Assembly: GCA_028534125.1 (NCBI GenBank)
Contig: CM052817.1
Span: forward strand, 101,186,001-101,250,000
Origin: Lama glama
Taxonomy: Eukaryota
DNA: 64,000 nt
Reading direction: 5' to 3'
Part shown: one piece after another, positions 1 to 12,460 of the stretch
How positions within the stretch are numbered: position 1 is the first letter of the stretch
How the letters are laid out: every line of letters begins with the position of its first letter
Notes under the pieces: generated by a model
Seen by the model: the letters and a program-made list of their open reading frames with translations, nothing else
What the model was told of the DNA's origin: nothing
Database searches by the model: none
Made by a program: the position numbers and the translations under genes

Positions 1-89
1 ATCATCTCTGGGATGAGTTATGGCAATTGTTTTTGAAGTAGGTAGTTTCCTTTACCTGGAAATCTTCCCCTCTCTGAAGCCGTTGGTTG

Positions 90-450
90 AATCTGCTGGG
101 GATCTTAGATGTGAGCAAAGGACACCAACTTCAGCTGATTCAAGTAGAAAAGAAATGTACTGAAAGGATGCTGGGTACCTCGCGGAGAGCCAAGGAGGAA
201 TGAAAGCTGTGGGAAGACGGGAGCCCCAAGGCCAAACTCAGCCAGAATCACGCCCCAAACATGACTGTGAAGAAGGTTCTGCCCACACCACACTCTGGAC
301 ACGGTCACGGCTCTGCTGCCATCATGGCCCTTGACTGAAAATGGTCCCCTCTTCCCTGACTCTGCTTCACTCACTCAAGGTTCAAGGTCTTCAGTAGGTG
401 GATTGGCCTGGCTGAGCCTGGGTTGGGCCTGCGTCCTGGCTTCCCAGTTG
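90..450. mobile_element. Old MaLR (MLT1-type) LTR remnant
   Basis: Degenerate resemblance to MLT1 LTRs; boundaries approximate. Confidence 0.35.
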
Positions 451-759
451 CTAAGAAAGGGCATGTGGGTCATTTCAACAGCTTCCCCCAAGACTCATCA
501 ACCTCCAAGGTGACCAGGGCCACCAGCCGGGATCACCAGCTGGGGCGGACCGTGTCTGGGACTTTGGAGAGGGAGTGTGGCTTGGAAAGCAGAGGGGCAC
601 TGTGTTGCATAAGGCTCAGTTTATGTCATTCTGGAGTTCTGACCACCCGCCTGTCCTCCTTGTCTGTCTGTCCTGCAGGTGAGCTCTGCATTGGGGTGCC
701 AGTGGCCAACTTCGTATTCATGCTGGGTCTCTCCTACCATGTAATAGTGAACATGTTGC

Positions 760-1080
760 CAATATTGTGTCCCTTTTTTTATCAGAGAGGCTGAGAGCAC
801 TTTGCAAACATGCGTAAGTGATAAGACAGCAACATGCAGCTGTGAATGAAACAGCAGGAACTTTCTCAGCTCGGCCCTCCCTTGTGCTCTCCCTCTGCCC
901 ATCAAGAACGAGGGTGGGGAGAAGGGAGCAGACTCCCCTTTCTTTCAAGCATTACCTTACCACCCTCCCGCCACCCTGGCACTTGCAGTGGAAACTTGCC
1001 GCTTCCATTTCTAACTAGACATATAATCTACTTTCATTCTGGCGACGGGTCAATATTTTTTTTTCCGTGAGGCTAGGTGC
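760..1080. promoter_or_regulatory. Candidate intronic enhancer
   Basis: Unique sequence with two GATA sites (TTATCA ~779, TGATAAGA ~819) flanking GCACTTTGCAAACA (HNF4/CEBP/FOX-like). Confidence 0.3.
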
Positions 1081-1697
1081 TGAGCCTTGCCCTGGTTTCT
1101 GAGGTCTCATGTTCACCAGCAGTAAGCCAGGCCTCCTTTTTACCTCGGGTGTTTTTTTTTTTTCTTTCTTTCTTTTTTTTCTTTTTTCCAAAGCAGAGGA
1201 AACCAAGGCAGGTATTTAGCAAAAGTGTCCAGAAGGCTGAAGCTGTTGTTCTGCAGGCCGCCAGCCCAGCAATGTCTTGAAATACACATTAAAAATAACC
1301 TATCACCAGCTGCCCCCAGCCCCGCCTGTCCCCCACCCACCCCTTCAGTGTCTGTGGCAGCAGAGCCAAAGTAACTGCATCTTTGTGAAGGTCCCAGATG
1401 ACAGCTGTGCGCTCTAATTTGAAAACTACTCCTGGACTAGAGGCAGGAAGTAGGGCAGGGACAGGATTTGAAGTCACAAGCCTCAGTCTGCACACCTCCA
1501 GGGTAAGTGATGATAAAACAGTGGGCAGCAAATGAACCCTCTTTGAGGGCATTTCCGCCCCCCCCTCTTTTTTTTTGCAAGTATTTGGTAATCATGTACA
1601 CTAGGCAAAATCCATGCCAGAAAATATTCAGATAATTCTCAGTTTCAGAATTGCATTAGCCCCACTGGTTTTTCTGTCTTCTAAAATAAGGGCACTG

Positions 1698-2325
1698 GGC
1701 ATGTATCAGAGGGAACTCTAATTAGAAAAGACACACACACCCCAATGTTCACAGCAGCACTGCTTACAATAGCCAAGACATGGAAGCAACCTAAATGTCC
1801 ATCGACAGATGACTGGATAAAGAAGCTGTGGTATATTAATACAGTGGAATACTACTCAGCCATAAAAAAGAATAAAATAATGCCATTTGCAGCAACATGG
1901 ATGGACCTAGAAATCATCATTCTGTGAAGTAAGCCAGAAAGAGAAAGATAAATACCATATGATTTCACACGTATGTGGAATCTAAAAAAGAAAAAAAAAG
2001 AGGACACTAATGAACTCATCTACAAAACAGAAACAGACTCACAGACATAGTAAATAATCTTATGGTTACTGGGAGAAGGAGGTGGGAAAGGATAAATTTA
2101 GGAGTTTGAGATTTACAAATGTTAGCCACTATATATAAAAATAGATTTAAAAAAACAAATTTCTCCTGCATAGCATAGGAAACTATTATTCAATATCTTG
2201 TAATAAATTGCCTATGAAAAAGAATATGAAAATGAATATATGTATGTATATGTATGACTGGGACATTGTGCTGTACACCAGAAATTGACACACTGTAACT
2301 GACTCTACTTCAGTAAAAAAATAAA
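1698..2325 (+). mobile_element. L1 3' fragment (ORF2 C-terminus + 3' UTR)
   Basis: ORF 1745-1927 [29 protein letters not shown] is the L1 ORF2p C-terminus; A-rich tail. Confidence 0.95.
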
Positions 2326-2454
2326 GGGGGGAGGGCATAGCTCAGTGGTAGAGCACGTGCTTAGCATGCACGAGGTCCTGGGTTCAAGTCCCAGTACCTC
2401 CATTAAAAAGAATAAATGAACAAATAAACCTAATTAACCTCCCCCCCAAAAAAA
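2326..2454 (+). mobile_element. tRNA-Ala-derived SINE (camelid vic-1 type), long-tail form
   Basis: GGGGAGGGCATAGCTCAGTGGTAGAGC...GGTTCAAGTCCCAGTACCTCCA head with A/B boxes, AAACCTAATTAACCTCCCC tail, poly-A. Confidence 0.92.
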
Positions 2455-2599
2455 TTTAACGCAATATTGTAAACTGACTATACTTCAATTTAAAAAAAGC
2501 AAAAATAAAAATAAATAAATAAGGATGCTGAGTAGATGGAGTTGGAGGGTCTTCTAGTACCAATTTCCTAGTTTATCAAATGGATAGATTTAGCCATGA

Positions 2600-3480
2600 C
2601 TGCCTCCTAGACACGCTTCCAAGAAGTTTTCAAACATGCACACACAAAGACACAAAAAATGATGTAACAGATACCCACAGGCCAAACATAAGGACTGAAC
2701 ACATTTTAACATTCTGCATTATTTCCTTCGTATATTTTTTGCAAGAAAGAAATCTCTATAAATACGACTGGAGTCCTTCCCTGCTATCTAATTCATCTCC
2801 TTCCCTTCCTCCCCAGAAGTAATGACCCTGAAACTGGTGTGTGTCCTTCACCTATGGTTTTATAATTTCAAAATATATATTGTTGTTTAGTGTATTTATT
2901 GATACCCCATCCTAGACGGTATTTCTCTTCCTTTTTAGGTACAAGAAGTCTTTTGCGCCTTTTTTTGTTTCACATTAGTATTCCAAATACATCTATGTTA
3001 ATACATCTATTTTGTTCATTCTATCTGATACATATTCCAGTGTCTGAGTATTGCCACAATGTACTTACCCACACCTGCGGATTGAGTTTCCGGTTTCCAT
3101 TCCAGCTGTTTGGATGATAACAATAGCTCCCCCTGTGGTGGTGCCTTTTACATTCCCACCAGTGCTGGCGGAGGCTTCTGACCTTCCCACGTCCCTGAAA
3201 AAGTTTGGTTTTAACTTTTACATTTTTTGCCAATTCAACAGATATGAAATGCTAGGTTGTCATCACGTTCATCTATGTTTCTCTGATTACCAATGAGGGA
3301 GAAATTTTCCCCCTTTTATAATGGCCATCCGTATTTCTTCTGCTGCAAATCGTTAAACCCACATCCGTTGCTCCTTTTCCCATTGGATTGTTTGCCTTCC
3401 TATTGAATCGTAGGATTCTTCATTTTCCTGGAGTCAAATGCTTCTTTGGTAAAAAGCATTTTTCCCAGTCTGTGACTTGA
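2600..3480 (-). mobile_element. Ancient L1M 3' remnant
   Basis: Degenerate antisense L1 motifs (TTTACATTCCCACCAG, ATGTTTCTCTGATTAC). Confidence 0.6.
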
Positions 3481-4017
3481 AACTTGGAACCTGTTTGTCA
3501 GAGAAAAAATGTTAGTTCCTGCCTTGGCCCTGGGATTTCACTGGTCCGGGAAGAGTTTTTGTAATAATTTGTTGACTTGTAATTCCCTCATTCCACAGAT
3601 GGTGTGAATTTGGACCTCAAGTCCACCTTGGACACAAGCTGGGGATTTTGATTTCTCTTAAGAGACTTTTTTTTTAACCTGCTCAAGCCAGACACACACT
3701 TCCTTACCATTACCTGGGTTGCTGGGCAGTTTTTCTAATCTTTTTACAGATAGGGGCCGCCCTCCAGGGCGCCTGTTTAATTCGGGTCTCAGATATCTTG
3801 CACATGCCCAGACACGTCTCCTGCCCCCATCTGGGCAGCCCTGCAATCCTGAGCTGACATTCGGGTCCAGCGTCCCCCTGGCCCTTTGGCCCACTCTCCT
3901 ATTTCACGCGCACTCACCACTCCGGCTCTGAATTCTCTTTTTGTTTCTATCACCTGTTATAGTTTATATGTTACAGTTTAACTAGCATTTCTGTGAGTTT
4001 TAGTTTGGGGAAGGTGG

Positions 4018-5069
4018 CAGTGGTGTCCTGCGGTTGGCCTGTATTGGTTCATAAGAGCCAATTATTAAATTTTTAGGGGTTTTATGAACCAGTTGCTAAA
4101 TACAGCCATCATTAAAAATTAAATCATAGAAAGTCATGATTAAGAAACATAAAGGTAATAAAAACTCGAAACTTGTCACTTGCAAATTACCGTAGTGCAT
4201 TTTACTGGTCACTTACGTCTCCCGTATCTGTGCGGTCGGGTTACTGTGTGATGATGTTCTGCTCAGCACTTCTTCCCAGTTCTGCGTTCAGTGACATCAC
4301 AGTGGTATGAAATGCTAGAATGTTGTTCCTCCATCATGGGAACCTGCTAATATCACAAATCCGGGCTTGATTTCTCATCTGTTGATCATCTAGATCAAGG
4401 GTTGACAAACTTGTTCTGAAAAGGGCCAGGTGGTAAATATTTTCAGCTTTGTGATCCACACAGTTGCTGTTGTAACCACTCAGCTCTGGCCTTGCTATGC
4501 AAAAGCAGCCACAGACAAATGCAGACAAATGAGTGGGGCTGCTATCCAATAAAACTGTATGTACAAAACAGGCTTTGGGCCAGATTTGGCCCACTGGCCA
4601 GAGTTTGTCCATCCCTGGTCTAGAATTAAGAAGGTGATGAGAAAATGTTAATAATGCAGATTAAACTTAGAAGTATGTCCTATCGAGGGCTGAGGCTGAA
4701 AGAGGTTTCAACTCACTGAATAGAATCTGGATAAGCAGGAGAAATAGTTTACCAGTGAGTCACATACCAGATTTTGTAACAATAAATCTATTAGGAAATG
4801 AACTAGCAGATTACAATGAAATCCCATTTGTCAAACTGTGGTTGGACTGCAAACATAGGTTGGCTACAGATAAAAGTGTTCCACAAAACCCAAAAAAAGC
4901 ATTCTGGTGGCGATATGAAATTTATTGTAAAGAGTATTACACATTTAATTGTTACTTAAAGTTATATGTTATACACATCCTTTAAATCAAGGAAATGAAT
5001 GAGAAGCTTATACACACATACAGGATTTTCAGAAGAACTGGTTGTTAAGCATCTACCAGCACACCCCTG
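4018..5069. mobile_element. MER63-like hAT (Blackjack) DNA transposon fossil
   Basis: Inverted termini CAGTGGTGTCCTG...CAGCACACCCCTG; internal TCTTCCCAGTTCTGCGTTCAGTGACATCAC typical of MER63. Confidence 0.7.
4396..4617. mobile_element. MER58A-like hAT-Charlie MITE nested in the MER63-like element
   Basis: TIRs CAAGGGTTGACAAAC / GTTTGTCCATCCCTG; 8-bp NTCTAGAN target duplication (ATCTAGAT / GTCTAGAA). Confidence 0.85.
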
Positions 5070-5499
5070 GGGAGGGGTCATCTCAGCTCGGTCTGTCATG
5101 GTGTCAAAACTGCTCTCCAGACTCTATTGACTTAAAATTCCACATCGATCCAATTCCTACAGCTCAAGGGCAAGTCTTTAACCTTGAAACAGCTAGATGT
5201 TTTAATACTGTACTTGATTTTGAAAATCTCTGTCTCGAATCTAGTCTCCTCCTTTTGGGATGCATACTGTGTGGACTGTGTGAGAGGTGCTTTCCTGAGC
5301 CAGAGGTGGAAATGAAAACAGCAGAATGGAGATGGAAACTTCCTGGTTACCATATGGAAGAGAACCAAATGCCAAGAAACACCTCTCATGCTCCCTCAGC
5401 ACAGGGCCAGCGAAAGGGAGGTCTCAGAAGTGACATCGTGTAGATGGGCTTGGTAATGCAAGATGCCGCTGAAGGATACTTTGTAACTTGAGGCATATA

Positions 5500-6266
5500 T
5501 TTTTTCATTATGATTTATTACAGGATATTGAATACAGTTCCCTGTGCTATAAAGTAGGACTTTGCTGTTTATCTATTTTATACGTAGTAGTTTCTGTCTG
5601 CTAATCCCAAACTCCCACTTTATCCCTCCCCCACCCCCATTTCCCTTTGATAACCGTAAGTTTGTTTTCTATGTCTATGAATCTATGTGTCTCAAAAATA
5701 AGTTCATTTGTGTCATCTTTTAGATTCCACATATAAGTGATATCATATATTCTCTATCTCTCTTCCTGACATTTCACTTAGTATGATCATCTCTAGGTCC
5801 ATTTATGTTGCTTCAAATGGGATTATTTCATTCTTTTTTACAGATAAGTAGTACTCCATTGTGTATATATACCGCAACTTCTTTATCTAGTCATCTGTCG
5901 ATGGACATTTAGGTTGCTTCCATGTCTGGGCTATTATAAATAGTGCTGCTGTGAACATTGCATGTATCTTTTTTAAATTAGAGTTTTCTCCAGATATATG
6001 TCCAGGCGTGGGATTGCTGGAACATACAGCAACTCTATTTTCAACTTTTTAAGGAAATTCTATACTGTTTTCCATAGTAGCTGCACCAATTTACATTCCC
6101 ACCAACGGCATAGGAGGGCTCCCTTTTCTCCACACCCTCCCCAGCATTTGTTGGGCCATTCTGACTAGTGTGAGGTAGTGCCTCATTGTAGTTTTGATTT
6201 GCTAATTACTGATGTTGAGCATCTTTTCACATGCTTATCAGCCATTTGTCTGTCTCTTTGGAGAAA
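5500..6266 (-). mobile_element. L1 3' fragment
   Basis: Antisense ORF2 end and 3' UTR; flanking GAGGCATAT / GAGACATAT possible TSD. Confidence 0.9.
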
Positions 6267-7663
6267 GAGACATATTGGGTTTTATAAAACATCACTCTGG
6301 ATAAATTTCCTTTTCTAGTTTGTAATCTAAAATTCCACAGTACGCTTGCTTATCTTACGATAATTACAAAGGAAACCTTTCTCAATTTCCCCCTGGTTTT
6401 CCAAGTTCAGTTTGGAAGTATTGGCCAGAGAAAGGAGGAAAACGGAGTTTTCTTCCCTGACTTTGGTTTTTCCAAGTTTGTGGTGGGTAGAGGGTCAGAG
6501 TTTACAGCCTGATATGAGGCATTCTTGTATCTCATACTCTGCTAGAGGAGAAATGGCACAGATTTGAAGTGGCCCAGCATCTCCCTATGCCCAAAGCTTT
6601 GACTTCCTGTCAGGTTTAAAGATGAGGTCATGAAAAAGCATGACATTTTGACCTAAGAGTCACTACATTTCCTTGTGGCAAAATACCAAGTGAAGCCAGC
6701 ATTCCTTTATGAAAATAGAAGAGAAATCTTGAGCCGTAGGCCATGAATCCACTGAGGACAGGGATTATGTTCCCGGTATCGTCAGCATCCAAGAAATGCT
6801 TTTATGGTAAAGGAAGGACTGAACAACAGACACACCCAGAGGACTGAGTCTGGAACCTTCCACATCAAGATCTTTAGTTTGCACCCCAACTCCTGAGGAA
6901 GTGAGTCATGCTGCTATCTGATGGTGAATAAGACAAATATGCATTTCTATTAGCAAGTTACACAGAAGAGGAGTGTTCGTCGTTGTGGCGTGATGCCTGC
7001 TTGGATAAGTTCAATGTTTAACATGAACACACAGGCTCCTGCCGTCTCGGATGCTGGGCTCTCTGGGCATCAAGGTTTTTTCTGGGACCTTGAATTCCTG
7101 GTCTTGGAGGCTCAGGAAGAATTCCAGAGGCTGAAACTTCATCACTGAGCAAACATTTACTGAGTGCCTGCTGTGTGCAGTAGGGCAGTGAAAGCCAGGG
7201 CCTGGGGCTCCAAGGATGAAAGGCAGAAGAAAAGACACAGAGTTGCAACCCAGAACCGAAAACGTCATGGGGCAAGCAGTGGGCACTGGTTCCACAGAGG
7301 CCGGGCAAGTGCCCACGGCAGGGGGTCAGGGAACACCTTTCCAGAGGAGGTGACAAGGGAATCAAGAGTTGGAAGAAAATGTTCAGATTTGCTAGGCTTT
7401 GAAATGAAAAGTCTCTCCCCTCTTCTTTCAGGTGGGCATACAGTCTTTGGCAAATATTGGAGTCAGAAGGTGTGATGGGTAATTTTGTGTCCATTTGGCT
7501 AGGCCATGGGACCAGCAGTGCCCAGTTGCTTGGTCAAACCCCAGTCTGGATGTTGCTGTGAAGGTACTTTTTGGTGTGATTAACACTCAGATCAGTGGAC
7601 TTTGAGAAGAGCAGATTACCTTCTGTCATGTTGGTGGGTCTCATCCAATCAGTTGAAGGTCTC

Positions 7664-8371
7664 TGTTTTTAATTGAAGTGTAATTGACTTATAATGTTAG
7701 TTTCAGGTGCACAGCAAAGTGATTCAGTTATACATATACATACAGTTTTTTATTTTCAGATTCTTTTCCATTATATATTATTACAAGAAATTTAATATAG
7801 TTCTCTGTACTATACAATAGGTCCTTGTTGTTTATCTATTTTATATATAGTAGTGTGTATCTGTTAATCCCCAACCCCTAATTTATCCCTCCCCACCCTT
7901 TCTCCTTTGGTATCCATAGTTTGTTTTCTATGTCCATGAGTCTATTTTTGATTTGTGAATAGAATTTGAATTTTTTTTCAGAATCCACATATAAGTGATA
8001 TCATACGATATTTGTCTTTCTCTGTCTGACTTCACTCTATCTCTTGGTCCATCCATGTTGCTGTAAATGGCATTATTTCATTCTTTTTATGGCTGAGTAG
8101 TATTCCACTTTATANNNNNNNNNNNNNNNNNNNNNNNNNNNNNNNNNNNNNNNNNNNNNNNNNNNNNNNNNNNNNNNNNNNNNNNNNNNNNNNNNNNNNN
8201 NNNNNNNNNNNNNNCATGTGCATTTTTGAATTATATTTTTCTCTGGATATTTGCCCAAGAGTGGGACTGCTGGATTATATGGTAAGTCTATCTTTAGTTT
8301 ATTAGAGAACCTCCATACTATGCTCCATAGTGGCTACACCAATTTATATTCCCACCAAGAGTGTAGGAGGC
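7664..8371 (-). mobile_element. L1 3' fragment inserted in the MLT2 LTR
   Basis: Antisense L1 3' UTR/ORF2; TSD ATCAGTTGAAGGT / ATCAGTTAAAGGT. Confidence 0.9.
8115..8214. other. Assembly gap (100 N)
   Basis: Run of exactly 100 N. Confidence 0.99.
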
Positions 8372-9199
8372 GATCAGTTAAAGGTTTTAAGAGAGGAAAC
8401 TAACGTCTCCTGCAAAGGCTAGAATTCTGCCTCTAGGAGGCAGCATAGAAATTCTGCCTGAGTTTCCAGCCCTCAGACTCAAGACTGCATTATCCACTCC
8501 TGTCTGAGTGTCCAGGCTGTCCACCTGCTCTGCCAATTTTAAACCTGCTGGTGTCCAAAGCAGGACAGACAACTTCCTAAAATAAATCTCTTTCTATATG
8601 CGAATATGTATATATATTTCTGTGTGTATATATATACACACATATGTATATGTATACATATACATATACATCCTGTTGATTCTATTTCTCTGGAGAACCC
8701 TGACTAATTCAGAGGGCTTTATACTTAACCCACAGGGCGTGTAGACTTGGGTCCTGGCCGTATGCCTTCAGAAAGGAACAGAGCACACACAGCCGCCATG
8801 AAGGACATCAGCCTGGCTCTGCCTCTCTGTCTTTGGTTCTGTTGGCCCATGAACTCTAGGGTAACATGAGACCCCAGGACACCCTGAGAGCTTGTGCAGT
8901 GTTTGGTTCAGAGGCCCAGGTTCTCCCAGCCCTCCCCCTCCACTTCACTCCTATCCTCTAATTCCAAACTGCCACCCAGAGCTCCTGTCAGCCCTGCTCC
9001 TAATGTTTGCATAGGCGTATCATATACCCTCACTGCTCCAGGGTCCCTTGGTAGGTAGATCCACAGAGTGGTTTACACGTAAAATTTAAGGCACTAGCCG
9101 TTAGTGGCGCTCCAGGTTTCCAAGGACATTGAGCCAAACACTATCCAGCAGGCTCTTGTCAGAACACATTTTAATTAACCATGGTTCCCCCAACAGGCA

Positions 9200-9530
9200 C
9201 TCCTGACTGATGGGAATAAACTGGGTCTTAGTCTTTAGTATCTTTAGTGTCTGGCACAGTGCTTTGAATATAATAGGTGCCCAATAAATGCTAATTAAAT
9301 ATCAATGATAGATGAGGATGGGTACTTAATATGTGTCAGACCCTCTTCTCTACATATGAATACGTGCTAATTTAATCCTCAAAGCCAAATCTTACATAGG
9401 GTTCACCATATTATTCCCGTTTCACAGATAAGAAAACCAAGGCACCCCAAGTGAGATAATTTCCCTAAAGTCACATAGAAGAGGCAGAATCAAGATTCAC
9501 ATTCTTGCTCCAGAGGCCACACTCCCAACA
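9200..9530. mobile_element. L2 3' end followed by MIR
   Basis: GTGTCTGGCACAGTG...TAGGTGCCCAATAAATG (L2 end); TTTCACAGATAAGAAAACCAAGGCAC (MIR core). Confidence 0.7.
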
Positions 9531-9603
9531 ATACATTGCTTACACAAACATACCAGACCCTGAAGCGGTCCGTCCTCGAGGCCCCTGTAAAGTTAGCACC
9601 GCC

Positions 9604-10115
9604 TGTAATAGAAAAGAACAAATCTGACTCCATATTAGATCTGCTCCTTTGACTTTAACCCTGTGCTCTCTCTCCCATGCTGAGTCGTGCTGATTCTGCA
9701 CCTTTTGTACAAGAATGTTGCGTGTGGCCTGAAATATACAGGAGAGCCCATTCTCAAGGCTCTGACTTAAGGGTATGATACTTCCGCATTCATATAAAAA
9801 GTTGCAGAGTGGAAAGTAGCATTTGTCTTGTTGCAGGTATACAGGGACACCACGACCTGACCCATGTGGACAGCTGCAAGAACGAAGGATTCCAACACCA
9901 AGAAGTTTGCAACAACCAACCGCACGCCCTCCCCTTTTCAGTATAAAACGGGCCTGAATTCTGACCTGGGGGAGATGGTTTTCCAGGAAGGTAGTCTGCC
10001 ATCTTCTCGGTCTGCCGGCTTTCCGAATGAAGTCATTATTTCTTGCCCCAACACTTCATCTCCTGATTTACCGGCCTGTCGTGAGGCGAGCAGGACGAAT
10101 TTGGATTCCATAACA
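9604..10115 (+). mobile_element. ERV1-class solo LTR (MER41-like)
   Basis: TGTAA...TAACA termini; TATAAAA at ~9942; U5 TCTCCTGATTTACCGGCCTGTCGTGAGGCGAGCAG. Confidence 0.8.
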
Positions 10116-10439
10116 TGAATTTGACGACATTAGAGGTACTCTCTCTCCTGCCACAGCTTCCCCCTATTTCCGGGATTAGAGCGAGAAGGACACGCCCATC
10201 CTGAGCGCTATTATGGAAGGAGCTCCCACCTGAGAGGGGCCCAGTGCTGGCCTACACCGTCCCCATGTGACTTGAAGATAGATTCCTTATTTATAATGGA
10301 GGTCCCTTGGTTGCCTGAACACCAGGGGAGTCTCCGTCAACCCTTTTGGGCTCTTCTCCCTGTCAAGTCACTGAGTCAACGCAGTTTCCCTGACCTCAGT
10401 GCCTTTTCAATTCCTCTGGGGCGATTTCCATAGCCCTTG

Positions 10440-10575
10440 GGGGCTGTCAACCCCTCTGGGGGTCCAACCTCTGAGAAAAGTACCCATTTTTGTAACCACA
10501 CATCTCACTCACACCTTCAGGGCATTCCAGACCCTGAAGCGGTCCGTCCTTGAGGCCCCAGGATAAAACCTCCTG
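10440..10575. mobile_element. hAT-Charlie-type MITE remnant
   Basis: ...TTCAGGGCATTCCAGACCCTGAAGC...GGCCCCAGGATAAAACCTCCTG terminus resembles Charlie-family MERs. Confidence 0.45.
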
Positions 10576-11399
10576 TGCGAAAATGAGCCAGAAGTAGCGG
10601 GAGCTGAAAACAACACTGACCAACTGGATGTGTATGTGACCCGAGGGAAGGGCGAGCTTTGGCTGAATGGGCCTCATTCGGGGCTGCAGGTGTGGGCAGC
10701 AGGGGTGCCTGGGCTCATCCAGAGAGGAAATCGTGCGGGACTGGGGAAGCAAGGCTGCCGGGGGCTCTCCTTTGTGCCACTGAGTTCTTCTCCTGGGGAC
10801 CCTCCTGGGAGGGGGCAGGAGGAACACCTGAGCCCCTTTATCCAGACAGCACAGGCCCATTTCCTAATCAGTTACCCCATCTGGGAAAACGACCACTGAC
10901 ATTGACGACTCTCACCTCCTACCCAGACGCACCTGACCTTCTCCAGATGCCTTCCAGTTTGTGCGCCGCCAGAGTGGCTGCTTCTTTATAGATGCAAGCA
11001 CTTTATTTTTAAGAGGAAACTCACTTAATTCAATACCTTAAGGTCCCTGAGGCCAAGAGATAGCCATAGAGATAAAACTCCAAGATGCTCAAAGCTTTTA
11101 ACATGATTGCTTCTAAAAATATCTTTTGGAAAGGCATGCTGAAGTTCAAGGTAATACTTTCAAACAGACCCCAAGAAAAAGCTGTAGCCGAATCCTTCTC
11201 AGACACTGTAATCTTGGGATTGTCTGTCTCTTGTTCCAGTTCTTTACCCCGGATTCTGTAACGCATCACTATAGCTTATGCAAAGGAGCTTATTCTGCTA
11301 ACTGAGACTTCCTGACTGCTGCTCCCAATAACTCAGCCTGTCAGCTCTTCCGTTCACTTGTCTTTTGTCCCTGGGGGGACAACGACCCCCCTTTCTGGA

Positions 11400-12300
11400 G
11401 CAGCCAAACCTGCCTCTTTGTAGATTAAAGCACTCTTATTTGCTGTGGAAAAGAACATGCACAGGAAACCTCAGGAACTAATGTCAACATTAGGAGCTTA
11501 AAGACCTGTGAGTAAACAAGGGGGCTGGGTTTCCATTTGTGTGTTTGCTTTGAGTTGCTTGCTCTGAAATAGTCCCCTCTTTGTGTTTGCTGAGGGATAG
11601 TTACGATTGTCTTAAAAACAGACCGTGAAAGTTGCTCTAAGTTTTTAAAAGCATTAATTATTTGCATAAAGTGGGTGGGATGTGTTTTCAGTAGCAAACG
11701 AGAACAAAGCCGGGGATAACACGGGGCTTAATCCAGGGCAGTGCCAGGTGTCCAACCACTATCTTACCAAATAGAGCACCTATGTTTTTGTCCCACCAAA
11801 TGCATAACCCACGTTTAAATCTATTGGTTTTGGATTTAGCAATGTCTGTGTGCATCTCATTCTGGGAAAACACAAGTCAGGCAAAAATTCACTGTTGAAT
11901 AACTAGGCATTACTAGGATGGACTTTATTACACTAAGCAAACAATAGCTTAAAAAAAAACCAAACAGGTGCTTTCCAGTTTATTTTTTATAACTCAAAAT
12001 TCAGCCTGTCTGTGACACGTTGTAGCCAAATTCTGGGCCATTTGTGGAGATTATGGCAGGAAGCATTAGATACTGAGTTTCTCATGTTTGTTTAAAAATG
12101 CATCTTTTTGTTCTCAGTCCTCTGGGTGGAACGTGTCTGTTTTGTTCTTAACTTCTCTGCGTCGCTCCTGTCAAGGGGCTCCTACTAGTAGCCTGGGAGA
12201 CGAGTGCCCTCCTGTGGACAATTCACTAATTGCAAATTCAGGAAACTGGTCTGGTAATCAAACAGGCCCTGCGTCTGAATTTCCTTGGTAGAGAACACAC
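11400..12300. promoter_or_regulatory. Candidate intronic enhancer (FOX/OCT/GRHL motif cluster)
   Basis: GTAAACA (~11512), two TGTTTGCT (~11542, ~11584), ATTTGCAT (~11660) and AACTGGTCT (~12244) in repeat-free sequence. Confidence 0.3.
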
Positions 12301-12343
12301 AAAAAAAATTAGTATGTTCTGTGCATTCAAAGGGCCTGCTTTC

Positions 12344-12460
12344 GGGGATGGCATAGCTCAGTGGTAGATTGCATGCTTAGCATGCATGAAGTCCTGGGTT
12401 CAATCCCCAGTACCTCCATCAAAAAAAAAAACAACAAAAAAAAACCCGTAAGTAAATAAA
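12344..12460 (+). mobile_element. tRNA-Ala-derived SINE
   Basis: Perfect 15-bp TSD CAAAGGGCCTGCTTT (12328-12342 / 12461-12475). Confidence 0.95.

Larger units (their letters stand above)
7471..8711 (+). mobile_element. MLT2-type (ERVL) solo LTR interrupted by an L1
   Basis: TGTGATGGGTAATTTT start; TCTCTGGAGAACCCTGACTAATTCA end; 5-bp flanks GAAGG/GAGGG. Confidence 0.85.

Noticed and set aside
2331..2402. Bona fide tRNA-Ala gene
   Set aside because: Acceptor-stem mismatches, SINE-specific tail, poly-A, and 12 similar dispersed copies, several with TSDs.
7011..7494. Overlapping 100-158 aa ORFs
   Set aside because: No recognisable homology or consistent splice context; partly overlaps an LTR.
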